Positions 29,770 through 40,890 are shown, numbered from the stretch's first letter. The stretch is DNA of 64,000 nucleotides from Nitrosopumilus sp. (GCA_965238275.1 OZ250186.1:1760001-1824000), one strand, 5' to 3'. The notes: generated from the sequence alone by a model not told the origin. Numbers and translations are program-made.

Positions 29770-31317
29770 TCAACTGTCTCCAGAAGACGAGCGGACCAGA
29801 TGATCAAAGAAACTGTTTCCGCTGATCCTGTCAGTTGCCAGCAGCGTGAACAGGATCGAGTTGGCATCCATGCCCTTCTGGGAGCGGTTTCCGCCCCCGT
29901 CGCTCCTTATGGCCACGAACCTCCGGTTGACCCTCTCCACTGCGTTGTTGTCAGGCTCGATGCCGTCCACGTGCAGGCAGGTGGTCATAAAGTATCCCTC
30001 CCGGGGGTTCCTCTTCTTGTGTCTGGCGATGGTGCCGTGCCCATCGTCTGCAAACGGTTCGTTCATCAGCCCGCGCAGCTCCGCGTCTATGCAGTGGGCC
30101 GCGACGATCCTCGTGTGCCCGTCTTTGATCCTGGATGCGCGATAAATCTTATCATGGATTGCCGACAGCCTGTCCAGAAACTTTGGAACGTCACCTTTGG
30201 GGTTGGTCAGGACGTCCTTTTGCACCAGGCGTTCCTGGTGCCACACGCACATCTGGCGGCACGATCCCACGTGGAGCCATCCTGAATACGAGTCCTGCGT
30301 TATGGTTCCCTTGTAGTCCGGGAGTGTGTGGCAAAGCGTCTTGATGTCCCGAGAGCCGGTCACCTCCACGAGGCAGGCGTCTTTTGCCAAGGCCACTATC
30401 CCGTAGCCGCGTTTGCCGCCCAACGGCCAGTGGAATTCGTCTGCGTTCAGGTGTGGCGCCTCTAACACGCGCTTTCTTACAGAATCACGCTCCGGTGCCA
30501 TGCGCTCTGCCTGCCTGATCTTGCCGCGGTATGCAGACGGGCGCGAGATTTTGTGCCCCCACGCGTCGCTGCCAAATTCTGCGGCCCTGGCATGCGACAA
30601 ACCGTTCATGTTCAGGGACGTCATGGCCGCATCAAAGTTTGATGAACGGCGCGCGTGTTTTGCCGCGCCGGGAACCCTTCCAGAGACCTGTTTTTTGCAC
30701 CCGCGGCACCAGCGCCGCTTGATGACGTACCTGACGTTTTCCAGTATGACGCGCATGACAGTCACGATGCGATCGTACCTGTCAGTCACGTCCGAAAGAT
30801 TGTCGTTGCCACAGTCGGGACATTCCTTGCAGTCGATCTCCTCGACGCGGTCGACGCGTTTTGGCCTGCAGTTGATGGTGGGTTTTTGCCCCTTGGGCCT
30901 GCCGGCCTTCCTTGGGCCTGCCTTTTTCTTGGTCACGGTGGGGATGTTGATCCTGTTGGCCTTGGCGTTAAGCTCCCTGTTGGCCTTGGCGTACCTCTTG
31001 TTGTCCTCGGTGAGGGATGAGACGAGTGCCTGTAGTCCCTCGATCTCCTTGCAGTCTGCGCCTGGCCTGCCTGCAACTTCGGCGGCAGCCTCCGGAATCT
31101 TGCCTGCCAAACCGATCGTGTCACCAAGCACCCTTGTCCAGAACCGGCAGCACCTGCATCCTGATTTCATGCACGCCCCGGCATCCTGTGGGATTTGCGG
31201 CAGGACAGATGAGGATTCCATGGCCTTAAATTCCACTGCTTCCAACCACGATTGGCGTGCTGGTTCCTTCATTTGGTACTTCGAAGGAACTGGCACCCAC
31301 TGGTATTTGGATCGCAA
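29770..31317 (-). CDS. IS66 transposase (true start probably downstream)
   Basis: CPDCG/CRGC zinc ribbon, ADE, QMCVWH, PDNNAVER. Confidence 0.88.
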   Translation of the reverse strand: MRSKYQWVPVPSKYQMKEPARQSWLEAVEFKAMESSSVLPQIPQDAGACMKSGCRCCRFWTRVLGDTIGLAGKIPEAAAEVAGRPGADCKEIEGLQALVSSLTEDNKRYAKANRELNAKANRINIPTVTKKKAGPRKAGRPKGQKPTINCRPKRVDRVEEIDCKECPDCGNDNLSDVTDRYDRIVTVMRVILENVRYVIKRRWCRGCKKQVSGRVPGAAKHARRSSNFDAAMTSLNMNGLSHARAAEFGSDAWGHKISRPSAYRGKIRQAERMAPERDSVRKRVLEAPHLNADEFHWPLGGKRGYGIVALAKDACLVEVTGSRDIKTLCHTLPDYKGTITQDSYSGWLHVGSCRQMCVWHQERLVQKDVLTNPKGDVPKFLDRLSAIHDKIYRASRIKDGHTRIVAAHCIDAELRGLMNEPFADDGHGTIARHKKRNPREGYFMTTCLHVDGIEPDNNAVERVNRRFVAIRSDGGGNRSQKGMDANSILFTLLATDRISGNSFFDHLVRSSSGDS

Positions 31318-31417
31318 TGATCAATTTTTGTCGTCATTGGCACAAAATTATTGGATTCAGTTCAGGTGCCCTAGCTGCCCGCCGAGTCGTCCGGGCACTT
31401 CAAAAAGCGAAACAATT

Positions 31418-33155
31418 GTAAGTGATTCGCTTTTTGAAGTACCCTGACTCCTCTGCCGGTAGTCACCGTGTCGGGACGGAACCAGAAGATTTTTCACGCC
31501 TTGTCAAAAATAATTGTCTGTAGAGATCCAAGTACTAGCGGGTGCCAGTCCCTTCAGATCATCACAAATGAAGGAACCGACACACCAAACATGCTTGGAA
31601 GCGGAGGGATTTAAGGCAATCCCGGGACGTTCCGCGCCGGACTGCGGCACCTGCATGGAGTCCGGATGCGGGTGCTGCCAGTACTGGTCAGGCGTGGTGC
31701 GCGATGTCGTGGATGCCGCCGGCGGGATCCTGAAAATGGCGCGCAAGATTGCCGGTACGGCAGACGGCAAGGAGACAGAGAACCTGCGGGCCAGGGTGGA
31801 GTCACTTGAAGGAGACAACAAGAGGCACGTTGACGCAAACCGCAGGCTCAGCGCCCGGGCAAACGGGATAAGCATGCCTTCCTCCAAAAAGAAGGCCAAT
31901 CCCGGCAAGGCAGGCAGGCCCAAGGGGCAAAAGGCCACGATCAACAAGAGGCCCGATAAGGCAGACTGCACGGAGATCGTAGACTTTGACAGGTGCCCCG
32001 GGTGCGGCGGGAAGAACATTTCAGAGAACCCCACGGACAAATACGACCGGATCGTCAAGAGGCTGGACCTGATTGTAAAGACCATAAAGTACGTGACAGT
32101 CAGGCGCTGGTGCAGGGACTGCAAGAAACAGGTCTCTGCCAAGCCGCCCGAAACCTCGCCGCACGCCCGCTACGGCGCCAACATCGGCGCCGTGCTCAAC
32201 TTTTTGAACATGTCCGGGCTGTCCCACGCAAGATCCGCCGAATTCGCAGGCGACGCGCTTGGCACGCCCGTGTCCTGCTCGTCTGCATACAGGAACAAGA
32301 TAAGCAGGGCCAGACAGATGGCCCCGGAACGCGACGCCGTGAGGGAAGAGATTCTAAAGGAGCCGCACCTGGGGGCCGACGAGTTCCACTGGCCACTGGA
32401 AGGTGGCAGGCGTGGTTACGGCGTGGTCGCACTCGGCAAGAGATCGTGCCTGGTGGAGATCGTGGACTCCCGCAAGATAAAGTTCAAGGGCGTGCTGCCC
32501 GGCTACGGGGGAACCCTCACGCAGGACTCGTACCCGGCGTGGCTCCATGTCGGGTCGGCCCGCCAGATGTGCGTGGTCCACCAGGAGCGCCTGGTGCAGA
32601 AGGATCTGGAGTGGAACCCAGGCGGGGACTGGCCGAATTCCTAGCCGGGCTGTCTGCCGTGCACAAAAAGATCTACCGCGCCTGGCGCGTCAAGGACCCG
32701 CATTCCAGGGAAGTGGCAGCTGACTGCATAGACTCGGAACTAGCGGGGCTGTTTGCCGCCCCGTACAAAGACGACAAGTACGGCACCATCGCCAAATACC
32801 GCAAGCGGCGCTACCGCGAGGGGTACTACATGACAACCTGCCTGCGGATCCCGGGCATCAGTCCGGACAACAACGCGGTGGAGAGGGCCAACCGAAGGTT
32901 TGTCTCGGTGAGGAATGACGGCGGGGGCAACCGGTCCCGGAAGGGCATGGACGCAAATTCCGTGCTGTTCACCTTGCTGGCCACTGACCGCGTCCGGGGG
33001 GAAAAGTTCTTCGACCACCTGGTGCGTTCCGCGTCCGGCGACGGCTGACAACGGAGCCTGCGTCACCATTTATCCGGCACGATCCGCGCTCTCGGATGGG
33101 GAGACTGCGCGAGTATAGGCGCGCAAAGAGCGGAACTTCAAAAAGCGAAACTTAC
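31418..33155 (+). mobile_element. IS66-family element 2
   Basis: GTAAG...CTTAC inverted ends; 8-bp TSD AAACAATT at 31410-17 and 33156-63. Confidence 0.9.
31514..33048 (+). pseudogene. IS66 transposase, frameshifted near 32625
   Basis: Homologous to 29770-31317; C-terminal PDNNAVER part lies in a different frame. Confidence 0.85.
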
Positions 33156-33404
33156 AAACAATTACGAAATTTTGTACATCATTCCGACAGGTCTCCGGAT
33201 TTGCAGCAGAGTGCTGTACGGTTTTAATTTTTAAGGGCATGCAGGTACTGCAGGATCCCCGGATGGGCCAGAAATGAGATGTGTGCTGCAGAATCAGCGC
33301 CAATGCAGCATTCCACAGTAGAGTCTCCAGCAAAATAGTCCCTTGGCCTGTAAAATCTCGCGCGGCATCAAAAGACAGTTATAGAAACCTGCATAGCCGT
33401 ATTC

Positions 33405-33695
33405 ATGCCACTTACAAACAGCGTCATTGCAAAACTCAACGAGATAACGTCCCTGGTTGAGGACAAGTCACGCCTTTCAGATACGGAGGTAGACGAGATA
33501 AAGACCATCTTCAGGGAACTGGTGAAGAACGGGGAGATGTACAACATTGACGAGATTGAGTTTTGGTTTGAAAACGAGGGCAGCTGGACTTCAAGGGCAT
33601 CCAGGGTGCGAATAACAAACATATCCAGTTATGTTCAGGACAAGTTTCAGCAGACGGCACACCTGAGAATGATTGACGACGGGTGCGGGTGCTAG
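33405..33695 (+). CDS. Conserved hypothetical protein
   Basis: Clean 96-aa ORF ending GCGC. Confidence 0.75.
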   Translation: MPLTNSVIAKLNEITSLVEDKSRLSDTEVDEIKTIFRELVKNGEMYNIDEIEFWFENEGSWTSRASRVRITNISSYVQDKFQQTAHLRMIDDGCGC

Positions 33696-33916
33696 TCCTC
33701 AAGCCGCTCCAAGAGGCGCCGGATTATTTCCGCATTCTCCCTGCGCTCGTCGGATATTGAATCCATTCTGGCCCGGTTACTGCCTCCGCTTGAAACAATC
33801 TCGAGGTATTCCCTGTCAAGATCACTGTTTGCCTGCAGTCTTTGGACTATCTCAAAGAGGATCCCGATTACCTGCTTTTGCGCCTCGATTAACTCGTCCT
33901 TGTCTCCTTCTGACAT
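33692..33916 (-). CDS. Small coiled-coil hypothetical protein
   Basis: Overlaps the HD gene; helical composition. Confidence 0.7.
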   Translation of the reverse strand: MSEGDKDELIEAQKQVIGILFEIVQRLQANSDLDREYLEIVSSGGSNRARMDSISDERRENAEIIRRLLERLED

Positions 33917-34443
33917 GACTCCTCAATACCGGCAAGCAGTTCTCTTAGCATGGGATTAGTAATTCCTGATCTTGCAGACTCGAGGAACGGCTCCAGCTCC
34001 CTCTTGGAGTATCCGTCGCCATGATACACCATTGCCTGAAGGGCCATCTCCAGCTTGTCAATCTGGTGCACGATTCGCGCCTCTGCCGAAGCGTTTTTCA
34101 GATACTCCTGCCAGATCTCCCTGTACTCGGATTCCATCTCACCAGGCAGGTCCCGGATAATTTTCTCAAACTCTGCATTCTCCAGCACCTTCTTTTCATC
34201 CCTGCCGACACTGCCTGGCGTGACGTCTCCAATCCCGGACTCGGCCAGATCATGCAGCAGGGTCATTTTAAGAACACGCTCAGAATCAAGACCCTCCAGT
34301 TTGGATACCACCATGCCCATCATGGCCATCGAGTATGAATGATCTGCGACGGACTCTGCATACGGCATGAACAGTCTCTCAACCCAGCCCTGCCGCCGAA
34401 CCCTTTTGAGGTGGGCAGCTGTCTTGAAAAAATCCAAAATCAT
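33889..34443 (-). CDS. HD-domain phosphohydrolase (YfbR/HDDC2-like)
   Basis: LKRVRRQGW, ESVADHS, LLHDLAE, DKLEM. Confidence 0.9.
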   Translation of the reverse strand: MILDFFKTAAHLKRVRRQGWVERLFMPYAESVADHSYSMAMMGMVVSKLEGLDSERVLKMTLLHDLAESGIGDVTPGSVGRDEKKVLENAEFEKIIRDLPGEMESEYREIWQEYLKNASAEARIVHQIDKLEMALQAMVYHGDGYSKRELEPFLESARSGITNPMLRELLAGIEESCQKETRTS

Positions 34444-34571
34444 ACATCATGAATCCCACGCGTCTCCTAATGAATTTTTTCTTTGCCTAAGAGTCGTCAA
34501 ACGTCCTTCTTGCCCATCAGCAGATTTTGCAGAGGAGCCAACCAGAAAACGGCATCCGATGATGCCGGGCG

Positions 34572-35645
34572 TCATCTGAAGAAGAAGTTTGTAATCTTTT
34601 TCAGGGGGTTTCTAGTATCCGTATCGTCAAACCTTGTCGGTATCGTATACGTCGGTTTTTCGACGAGTATCCCCTGCGGCCGGTACAGCAGTATCACAAT
34701 CAGGATCATGCCAAGCAGCAGGAAGTCAAGCCATATGACATCAAACGGAAGGAATCCCTCAAATGAGCCCTTGAAGAATATGATGGTCTTTCTCAGGGTC
34801 ACGAATATCAGCGTGCCTAACAGGACGCCCTTGTTGTTGGCAAGTCCGCCAATCAGTATCATGAGGAACGGCCAGAATGTCCAGCTTGCCCTGTCGTATG
34901 CAAAGGCAATCGTTCCGCCCACATAAAACGCGTACAGCGCACCGCCGATTGCAGCAAGTGCGGCAGATATCATGATGATCTTCATCCGCACGTGCGTGGT
35001 ATTCTTGCCAAGCGACTCGGCGGCATTTTCGTTGTCACGTACGGCCCGAAGCAGCCGTCCAAGAGGGGAACGGATCATCTTTTCGCTGTAAATATACACC
35101 ACGATTGCAATCGCTACAAGCCCCAGCGTGGCCGCTGTAAACCGGAGATCATCAGGCAGGAACGACAGCGGATCCGGAATCTGGACTCCAAGGGTTCCCC
35201 CCACCAGCGGAGTGTAGTTGTTTCCAACCAATCGTATGGCCTCACCAAATGCAAGCAGGGTGATGGCAAGATAGTCACCCCGCAGTTTCACTGCAGGGTA
35301 TGACGTAAGTATTCCCATTATCCCTCCGACGACGGCTGCAATTCCCAGCGTCAAAAAGAATACTGCAAAGCCGATCCCCACATTGTCCACCAGCCATGCA
35401 TTGATCTGCGGGACCATCATCAGATTATTGGTGATAAAGTCACCCTCTACTCCTGCCAGGTCTGCAAGTATCCGCCCTGGAATTGAGGCGGCGACAAATG
35501 CCCCTGCAGCCACCGCCAGCACCTTTCCAAAGTTTGGCACGCCTGCATACCCAAACTCCATGTTCAGGCTGAGGTTGATGATTGCATAGACTGCAAACAA
35601 TGCAAGCAGATCGATTATAAATACAAACTCAGATCCGAACACCAA
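34572..35645 (-). CDS. livM: Branched-chain amino acid ABC permease LivM
   Basis: LRGDYLAITLLAFGE, GRLLRAVRDNE. Confidence 0.9.
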   Translation of the reverse strand: MVFGSEFVFIIDLLALFAVYAIINLSLNMEFGYAGVPNFGKVLAVAAGAFVAASIPGRILADLAGVEGDFITNNLMMVPQINAWLVDNVGIGFAVFFLTLGIAAVVGGIMGILTSYPAVKLRGDYLAITLLAFGEAIRLVGNNYTPLVGGTLGVQIPDPLSFLPDDLRFTAATLGLVAIAIVVYIYSEKMIRSPLGRLLRAVRDNENAAESLGKNTTHVRMKIIMISAALAAIGGALYAFYVGGTIAFAYDRASWTFWPFLMILIGGLANNKGVLLGTLIFVTLRKTIIFFKGSFEGFLPFDVIWLDFLLLGMILIVILLYRPQGILVEKPTYTIPTRFDDTDTRNPLKKITNFFFR

Positions 35646-36558
35646 TTCTCCTCAACAACCTCGACCAGTTTACGCCTGCAAGCCCATTGGGCGCAACGAA
35701 GAGCGTAACTACAATAAACACAAGGGGTACAAGCGGACGGTACGCAATAAGCCACGGCCCAAACTCGCCTGCAAGAATCCGGGTTCCAAGCACCTCTGTG
35801 ATTCCTATAAGGAATCCCCCTGCAATCGCCCCATAGATGCTCATGAATCCGCCCACTATGCTTGCAGCAAATATGCTTGGCAGTATCAGTGGTCCGAAGT
35901 TCGGATCACCCTGAAACCACATGGCCATGAACACTCCTGCAATCCCTGCAAAACCGCCACCCATCAACCAGGATATCGTGTATATGGTCTTGACGTTGAT
36001 CCCCACCGTGCCTGCAAGATTGGGATTCTCGGTTGCAGCACGCATGGCAATACCAAACTTTGTCATGCGCATCATGATATGCAGTCCTATCCCAAGGGCT
36101 GCAATGCCGACGGGGGCAGCGACGACTATCAGTGGCAGCCCGCCAATATCTATATCATAACTGCGCAGCGTAAACTCCCTGGAGGAGACATGGTACGTCC
36201 GGACAATAAAGTCTGCCACTATGTTGATTGCGGCTATGAGCACCAGATCAAATGCAAGGGTTGCTATCATCAGGATGGTGGATGTCGCCCGCTTCCGAAT
36301 CAGCGGTTTGAGAATGAGAAGGTACAGTCCCACGGCTATGGTTCCCGAGGCTACAAACGCAACAGGGATCACCACGTATGGGCTTACGCCCCAGATGTGG
36401 TTTCCCACCAGTGCCACGTATATGCCGACGGTTGCAAACGACGCATGCGCAAAATTTGGAATTCTGGTTGTAATGTAGGTAAGCGTAAGACCGATACTCA
36501 GGAATGCAAGCAGTGACGCAAGAATTACCGCATCCGAGTATATTGGATCCAATGCCAT
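35629..36558 (-). CDS. livH: Branched-chain amino acid ABC permease LivH
   Basis: GLTLTY...NFAH, TKFGIAMRA. Confidence 0.9.
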   Translation of the reverse strand: MALDPIYSDAVILASLLAFLSIGLTLTYITTRIPNFAHASFATVGIYVALVGNHIWGVSPYVVIPVAFVASGTIAVGLYLLILKPLIRKRATSTILMIATLAFDLVLIAAINIVADFIVRTYHVSSREFTLRSYDIDIGGLPLIVVAAPVGIAALGIGLHIMMRMTKFGIAMRAATENPNLAGTVGINVKTIYTISWLMGGGFAGIAGVFMAMWFQGDPNFGPLILPSIFAASIVGGFMSIYGAIAGGFLIGITEVLGTRILAGEFGPWLIAYRPLVPLVFIVVTLFVAPNGLAGVNWSRLLRRIGVRI

Positions 36559-37121
36559 TATGAATTACTCTCCGATCTGAAATCCGGCATTTGCGTATCA
36601 ACCCGCATTGTTAATTTCATTCTAGTGTCAGGCAGATGACCAATCAAGGATTCTGTCTGGATCAGCGTTCGTAGGATCCCAAGGATGGCATACGTTCTAC
36701 TGAACATCATACCTGTTACAGAGATACATGCCAATAATACTTTCCCACGCAGAAGGTGCCTTACGAATTAATTTCTGCACAGTTGTCTCCTGATTATTCC
36801 AGTCATGTGTTATGTGTATGACTACCGTTGTGCCGTTCCGTTAACCAGCCGGGAGGGCGGATTCCGCCGGTTACTTTTATCTACGTTGCATATTTTGTAC
36901 TGCAGTTTTTCAGACGCGTCTGTTTCTTCTTGTATTCTTGGCAACTGTCTTTTTTTTCCATTGGAATCATTAATCTTGAGCAGGGCCTGCGCTACGGCCC
37001 CTTTCTGATGCATGATGCCTCTGATCCATCCCGTTGACGGTTTTTTGACGGGAATTTGGACAACGTCAAATGGCCGCCATACGCTTTATGCCATCCGGAT
37101 GGTGTCATGATAAGAGTAGGA

Positions 37122-37195
37122 TGCCGGGGGCGGGATTTGAACGCGCGACAGCCCGGTCTTCAGCCGAGTGCTCTCCCAGGCTGAGCTACCCCGGC
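37122..37195 (-). tRNA. tRNA-Phe(GAA)
   Basis: Reverse complement GCCGGGGTAGCTCAG...CTGAAGA...GTTCAAATCC...CCCGGCA. Confidence 0.95.
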
Positions 37196-37223
37196 ACTTA
37201 GAAAAAGGCACTCAGTTGATGAA

Positions 37224-37775
37224 TTAAATCTTGCTTTTGCGGCCTGTCCACACGATATCCTTTGTGCCTCTTCGCTTGTTGACTAGGCGGCCTGCCACAA
37301 AGAGCAGATCCGAGAGTCGGTTCAGGTATGCAGTACAGTTTGGATTGATTCCCGCCTCCCTGCCCAGCTGGACTGTCAGGGCCTCGGCTCTTCTTGTAAC
37401 GGTTCTTGCATGATGCAGATGGGCAGCTGCAGGTTCCCCCCCAGGTAGAATAAAGTTTGCAAGTGGAGGCAGTTCGGACTCAAAACGGTCAATGCAGGAT
37501 TCCAATCTGCAAACCATGTCCTGAGATACCCTGTTGTTTGTGTCATCAGGATCCGGATTGGAGAGATCCGCACCCACTACGAAGAGATCATTTTGGATCT
37601 CGCGCATGGCGCTTCTTAGATCCCTGTCAATCGGACTTGCCAGGACTACTCCAAGTATGGCATTTGTCTCATCGACTGCCCCATACGCAGCTATTCTCGG
37701 GTGGGATTTGGATACCCTGAGGCCGCCCTGAAGGCCGGTATCCCCACCATCACCGGTACGGGTGTAGATCTTCAT
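37224..37775 (-). CDS. ATP:cob(I)alamin adenosyltransferase (PduO type)
   Basis: KIYTRTGDGGDT, FILPGG, ARTVTRRAE, YLNRLSDLLF. Confidence 0.94.
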   Translation of the reverse strand: MKIYTRTGDGGDTGLQGGLRVSKSHPRIAAYGAVDETNAILGVVLASPIDRDLRSAMREIQNDLFVVGADLSNPDPDDTNNRVSQDMVCRLESCIDRFESELPPLANFILPGGEPAAAHLHHARTVTRRAEALTVQLGREAGINPNCTAYLNRLSDLLFVAGRLVNKRRGTKDIVWTGRKSKI

Positions 37776-37893
37776 TGATATTCAAGATCGTGATTAATTA
37801 TTATGTGATTCGAGGGAGCAGAAAGATTGCAACCAGATACGGCCAGAAGAAGAGAGATCTCACAGACGGCATGCTGCACAAGGAACCAAGATT

Positions 37894-40713
37894 CTAGTTG
37901 CGGCGGCTTATCCCTTTGCGGACCGTGTGGACTGCCAGGATTGGTCCTGCCACGTAGACTCCTCCGATGGCTGCAATCGAGAGCATGCCAAAGACCAGCA
38001 CCGATGCCTCAGAGCCTGGGTCTGCAAGCGTCATGATGTTCATGGTGTACAGTCCCGGTGTTATCAGTGCCCTTACGGCATCCCTGAATATCGGGTTCTC
38101 CCTTTCAAGGTCTGCAATTGCAGGCGAGAAGGAGTAGTAGACCTGGTTGAATCCAGTCATGAATGATGATCCCGAGGATGTGGATAGCAGTGTGCTGTCC
38201 CGGATTTCACGGAGGAACTGTACCTGTGGTGCAAGCTCGCTGCCGTATGCTGCAGTCGCAATCAGGCATCCACCGTTGTCATCTATCACTTCTTCTTCAT
38301 CAGTCATCACTTCTTCATCAGTCATCACTTCTTTATCATCTGCAAGCTCAATTGAGTCACTAGAGGCAAAGTACACGCCGAGCTGCACCCACTGGCCGTC
38401 TGAAATCGTCCATACGTCATAGTTTACCTGGGCCAGGTCACCATTCTCGTTGAGTTTTGTAGAGCCAAGTGCGCCGCTGTGCTCTGCTGCAACCTCTGGG
38501 AATACGACAGTCAGTTTGGCGACATCGGTGCTCTGTATGCGTTCCATGGAAAGGCCCAGAAGCCAGATTGCATCATATGCGGAGCTTGCATAGGTTCGTG
38601 GAGTCCTGCCAATGGCCTCCTCGACTGCCTCCTCTACCTGCTTGCTGATATCGTTCTTGCCTGATGCGACCTGGAGTGTGGTAAATTCGGTGGCGGTGGC
38701 AAATTCTAATGTGATTTGGTCGTCTATGATGACGGTATCCTTGGTGACAGCATCTGCGCCGAACCATCTGACATCGTCGAGTATGTCATGGGATGCTGCG
38801 GACTGGAAGAGAATCTGCGTCTCGCCGAATCCAAAGCTTGCGACGCCCACCTTGTCAGCGCCATGCTCATCTACGTATCCCTGGACTATCTCTGCCAGTA
38901 ATGATGCCTCACTTGAAAAGTCACTGGCCTCCGGACTATACGCTATTCCCTCGTGCACTGTGCCTCCCGCGGCCGAGAATGCCTCGCGTATTGCGCTCTC
39001 AAGGCCCACGCCCCATGCCTCGTCTCTCCATATGGGGACGATCACCTCGATTCCTGCATCCTGGAGAAGACGGACCAGTGCGACTGCCTGATTGGAGTCG
39101 TCAGGGGCAAGTCGGAATATGCTGTCGTCCCCGATTGCAAGAAGTGGTGACGTGGAGGAGGGACTGATTATCATAATGTTGTTAGAGTCTACATACCCCT
39201 TGATGTTCTGTATGTTGCCGCTGGACTGTGGGCCTATGACGTGCTTTATGCCCTTAGCGTTTAGTGCCTGCACCTTTTCAAGCGTCACCGTGGGCTGGGT
39301 CTGGGAATCCTCGGACACTACTGAAAATGACCAGCCTGCATCCTTTTCTGCCAAGTACTGGTTAAAGTGGTCCACTGCAAGCTCGTATCCGATCTTGTTC
39401 TCCTCTCCGGATCTGGCAAGTTTGCCCGTGAGCGGTATGATTGAGCCGATCTCGATCTCGCCGGACAGCTTCTCCTCCATCATTGCATCCATGGCAACAG
39501 GCATGATGGAGTTGCTACCGGCATTATAGGTTCCAAGGAACGTCCACTCCTCATTTTCGATTGCCCATATGTCATAGTTTGCCTGGGCAAGATCTCCCAC
39601 ATCATTCAGGTTGAGGGATCCAAGTGCGCCCGTACGCTCTGCTGCAACCTGTGGGATCGCATCGGTCAGAACGTCAACATCCGTGCTCTGGGTTCCCTCC
39701 ATTGCAAGACCCAGCAGCCATACTGCGTCATATGATGCGCTTGCGTAGGGTGTCGGTATAGTTCCAAGTACTGCCTCCACGGATTTGTCCACATGCGTGC
39801 TTAGATCATTTTGTCCTGAGGCCACCACTACGGAGGTAAAGTTAACGTTGGTCGCGAATTCCAGCGCGAGCGGATCATTGATGATTTTCTGACTCTTTGC
39901 GGTGGCATCCGTGCCAAACCATTCAACTGTGCTTAGTATGTCATGTGCCTGTGCCGACTGGAAGAAGGACACCCCCTCTTCAAATCCAATGTATGCCACA
40001 CCCACGTTCCCTGCGCCATGCTCGTCAACAAGCCCCTGTACGATATCTGCCAGGACGGACGTCTCAGCTGAAAAGTCACTTGATTCAGGAACGTATCCGA
40101 ATCCGGCGTCGACTGTACCTCCAATTGCTGGGAACGATTCGTTAAGCGCGTCCTTCAGCCCAACACCCCACGAGTCTTCCCTCCATACGGGAACCACCGC
40201 GTCGATTCCGTTCATTTTCAGAAGCTCCGCTATTGCGACTGCCTGGTTGGTGTCGTCAGGTGCCAGCCTGAATATGCTGTCGTCCCCGATTGCAAGCAGT
40301 GGCGATGTGGAACAGCAGCTGATGACCAGCATATTGTTGGAATCAACGTACCCCTTTACGTTCTGCAGGGAACCGCTGGTTTCAGGTCCTATTACGTGCA
40401 GAATGCCTTTGGCATAAAGTGACTGTATCTTCTCAAAGGCCACGGTCGGAAGCGTCTGTGAGTCTTCGGATACCAGTGAGAACGACCATCCTGCGTCCTT
40501 TTCTGCAAGGTATGCGTTAAAGTCCTCTATGGCAATCTGCTGTGCAAGGTTGTGCTGAACCCCATAGGTGGCAAGATCGCCACTGATTGGGACGATTGCG
40601 CCTATCTGGATATCGCCTGAGAGTTCTGCAGATGCGGATTGAGAGAATGCGCCTATTCCCAACATGCTGATCGCGAAAGCCATAATAATTGTGTATAATT
40701 GTAACTTCACCAT
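37894..40713 (-). CDS. livK: LivK-like binding protein with two tandem binding domains and CFI-box-CTERM-type anchor
   Basis: Two copies of LSG.I.IG/EDSQT.P/IFRLAPDD; GGCLIATAAYGSELAPQVQ; divergent from livG/livF. Confidence 0.88.
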   Translation of the reverse strand: MVKLQLYTIIMAFAISMLGIGAFSQSASAELSGDIQIGAIVPISGDLATYGVQHNLAQQIAIEDFNAYLAEKDAGWSFSLVSEDSQTLPTVAFEKIQSLYAKGILHVIGPETSGSLQNVKGYVDSNNMLVISCCSTSPLLAIGDDSIFRLAPDDTNQAVAIAELLKMNGIDAVVPVWREDSWGVGLKDALNESFPAIGGTVDAGFGYVPESSDFSAETSVLADIVQGLVDEHGAGNVGVAYIGFEEGVSFFQSAQAHDILSTVEWFGTDATAKSQKIINDPLALEFATNVNFTSVVVASGQNDLSTHVDKSVEAVLGTIPTPYASASYDAVWLLGLAMEGTQSTDVDVLTDAIPQVAAERTGALGSLNLNDVGDLAQANYDIWAIENEEWTFLGTYNAGSNSIMPVAMDAMMEEKLSGEIEIGSIIPLTGKLARSGEENKIGYELAVDHFNQYLAEKDAGWSFSVVSEDSQTQPTVTLEKVQALNAKGIKHVIGPQSSGNIQNIKGYVDSNNIMIISPSSTSPLLAIGDDSIFRLAPDDSNQAVALVRLLQDAGIEVIVPIWRDEAWGVGLESAIREAFSAAGGTVHEGIAYSPEASDFSSEASLLAEIVQGYVDEHGADKVGVASFGFGETQILFQSAASHDILDDVRWFGADAVTKDTVIIDDQITLEFATATEFTTLQVASGKNDISKQVEEAVEEAIGRTPRTYASSAYDAIWLLGLSMERIQSTDVAKLTVVFPEVAAEHSGALGSTKLNENGDLAQVNYDVWTISDGQWVQLGVYFASSDSIELADDKEVMTDEEVMTDEEEVIDDNGGCLIATAAYGSELAPQVQFLREIRDSTLLSTSSGSSFMTGFNQVYYSFSPAIADLERENPIFRDAVRALITPGLYTMNIMTLADPGSEASVLVFGMLSIAAIGGVYVAGPILAVHTVRKGISRRN

Positions 40714-40890
40714 AAATTGTCAAACCATACAGTCTTAATAAAAATTTCTGAAATTAGATTCCCCTGCAAGGCCGGTTGATGGTGTAAATTCAAGATCTTC
40801 TCAAGAAAATTTGCTCGTCCGGCCTGTGCACAATAGAAAGCGGCCGGCCGGCCGGAAAGTCTTTTAAGATAATATCACGCCGTTCAATTA

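Larger units (their letters stand above)
29657..33165 (-). mobile_element. IS66-family element 1 (single ORF), with element 2 nested in its right-hand TIR
   Basis: GTAATTGTTTCGCTTTTTGAAGTG at 29657; matching end split 31396-31417 and 33164-33165; 8-bp TSD GAAATTTT at 29649-56 and 33166-73. Confidence 0.9.

Noticed and set aside
30413-31447. Long antisense ORFs over transposases and core genes (also 45785-46696, 19964-20602, 57734-58429)
   Set aside because: Shadow frames of GC-rich coding sequence with no recognisable motifs.
36600-37100. Short ORFs upstream of livH
   Set aside because: No motifs or convincing starts; possibly decayed sequence.
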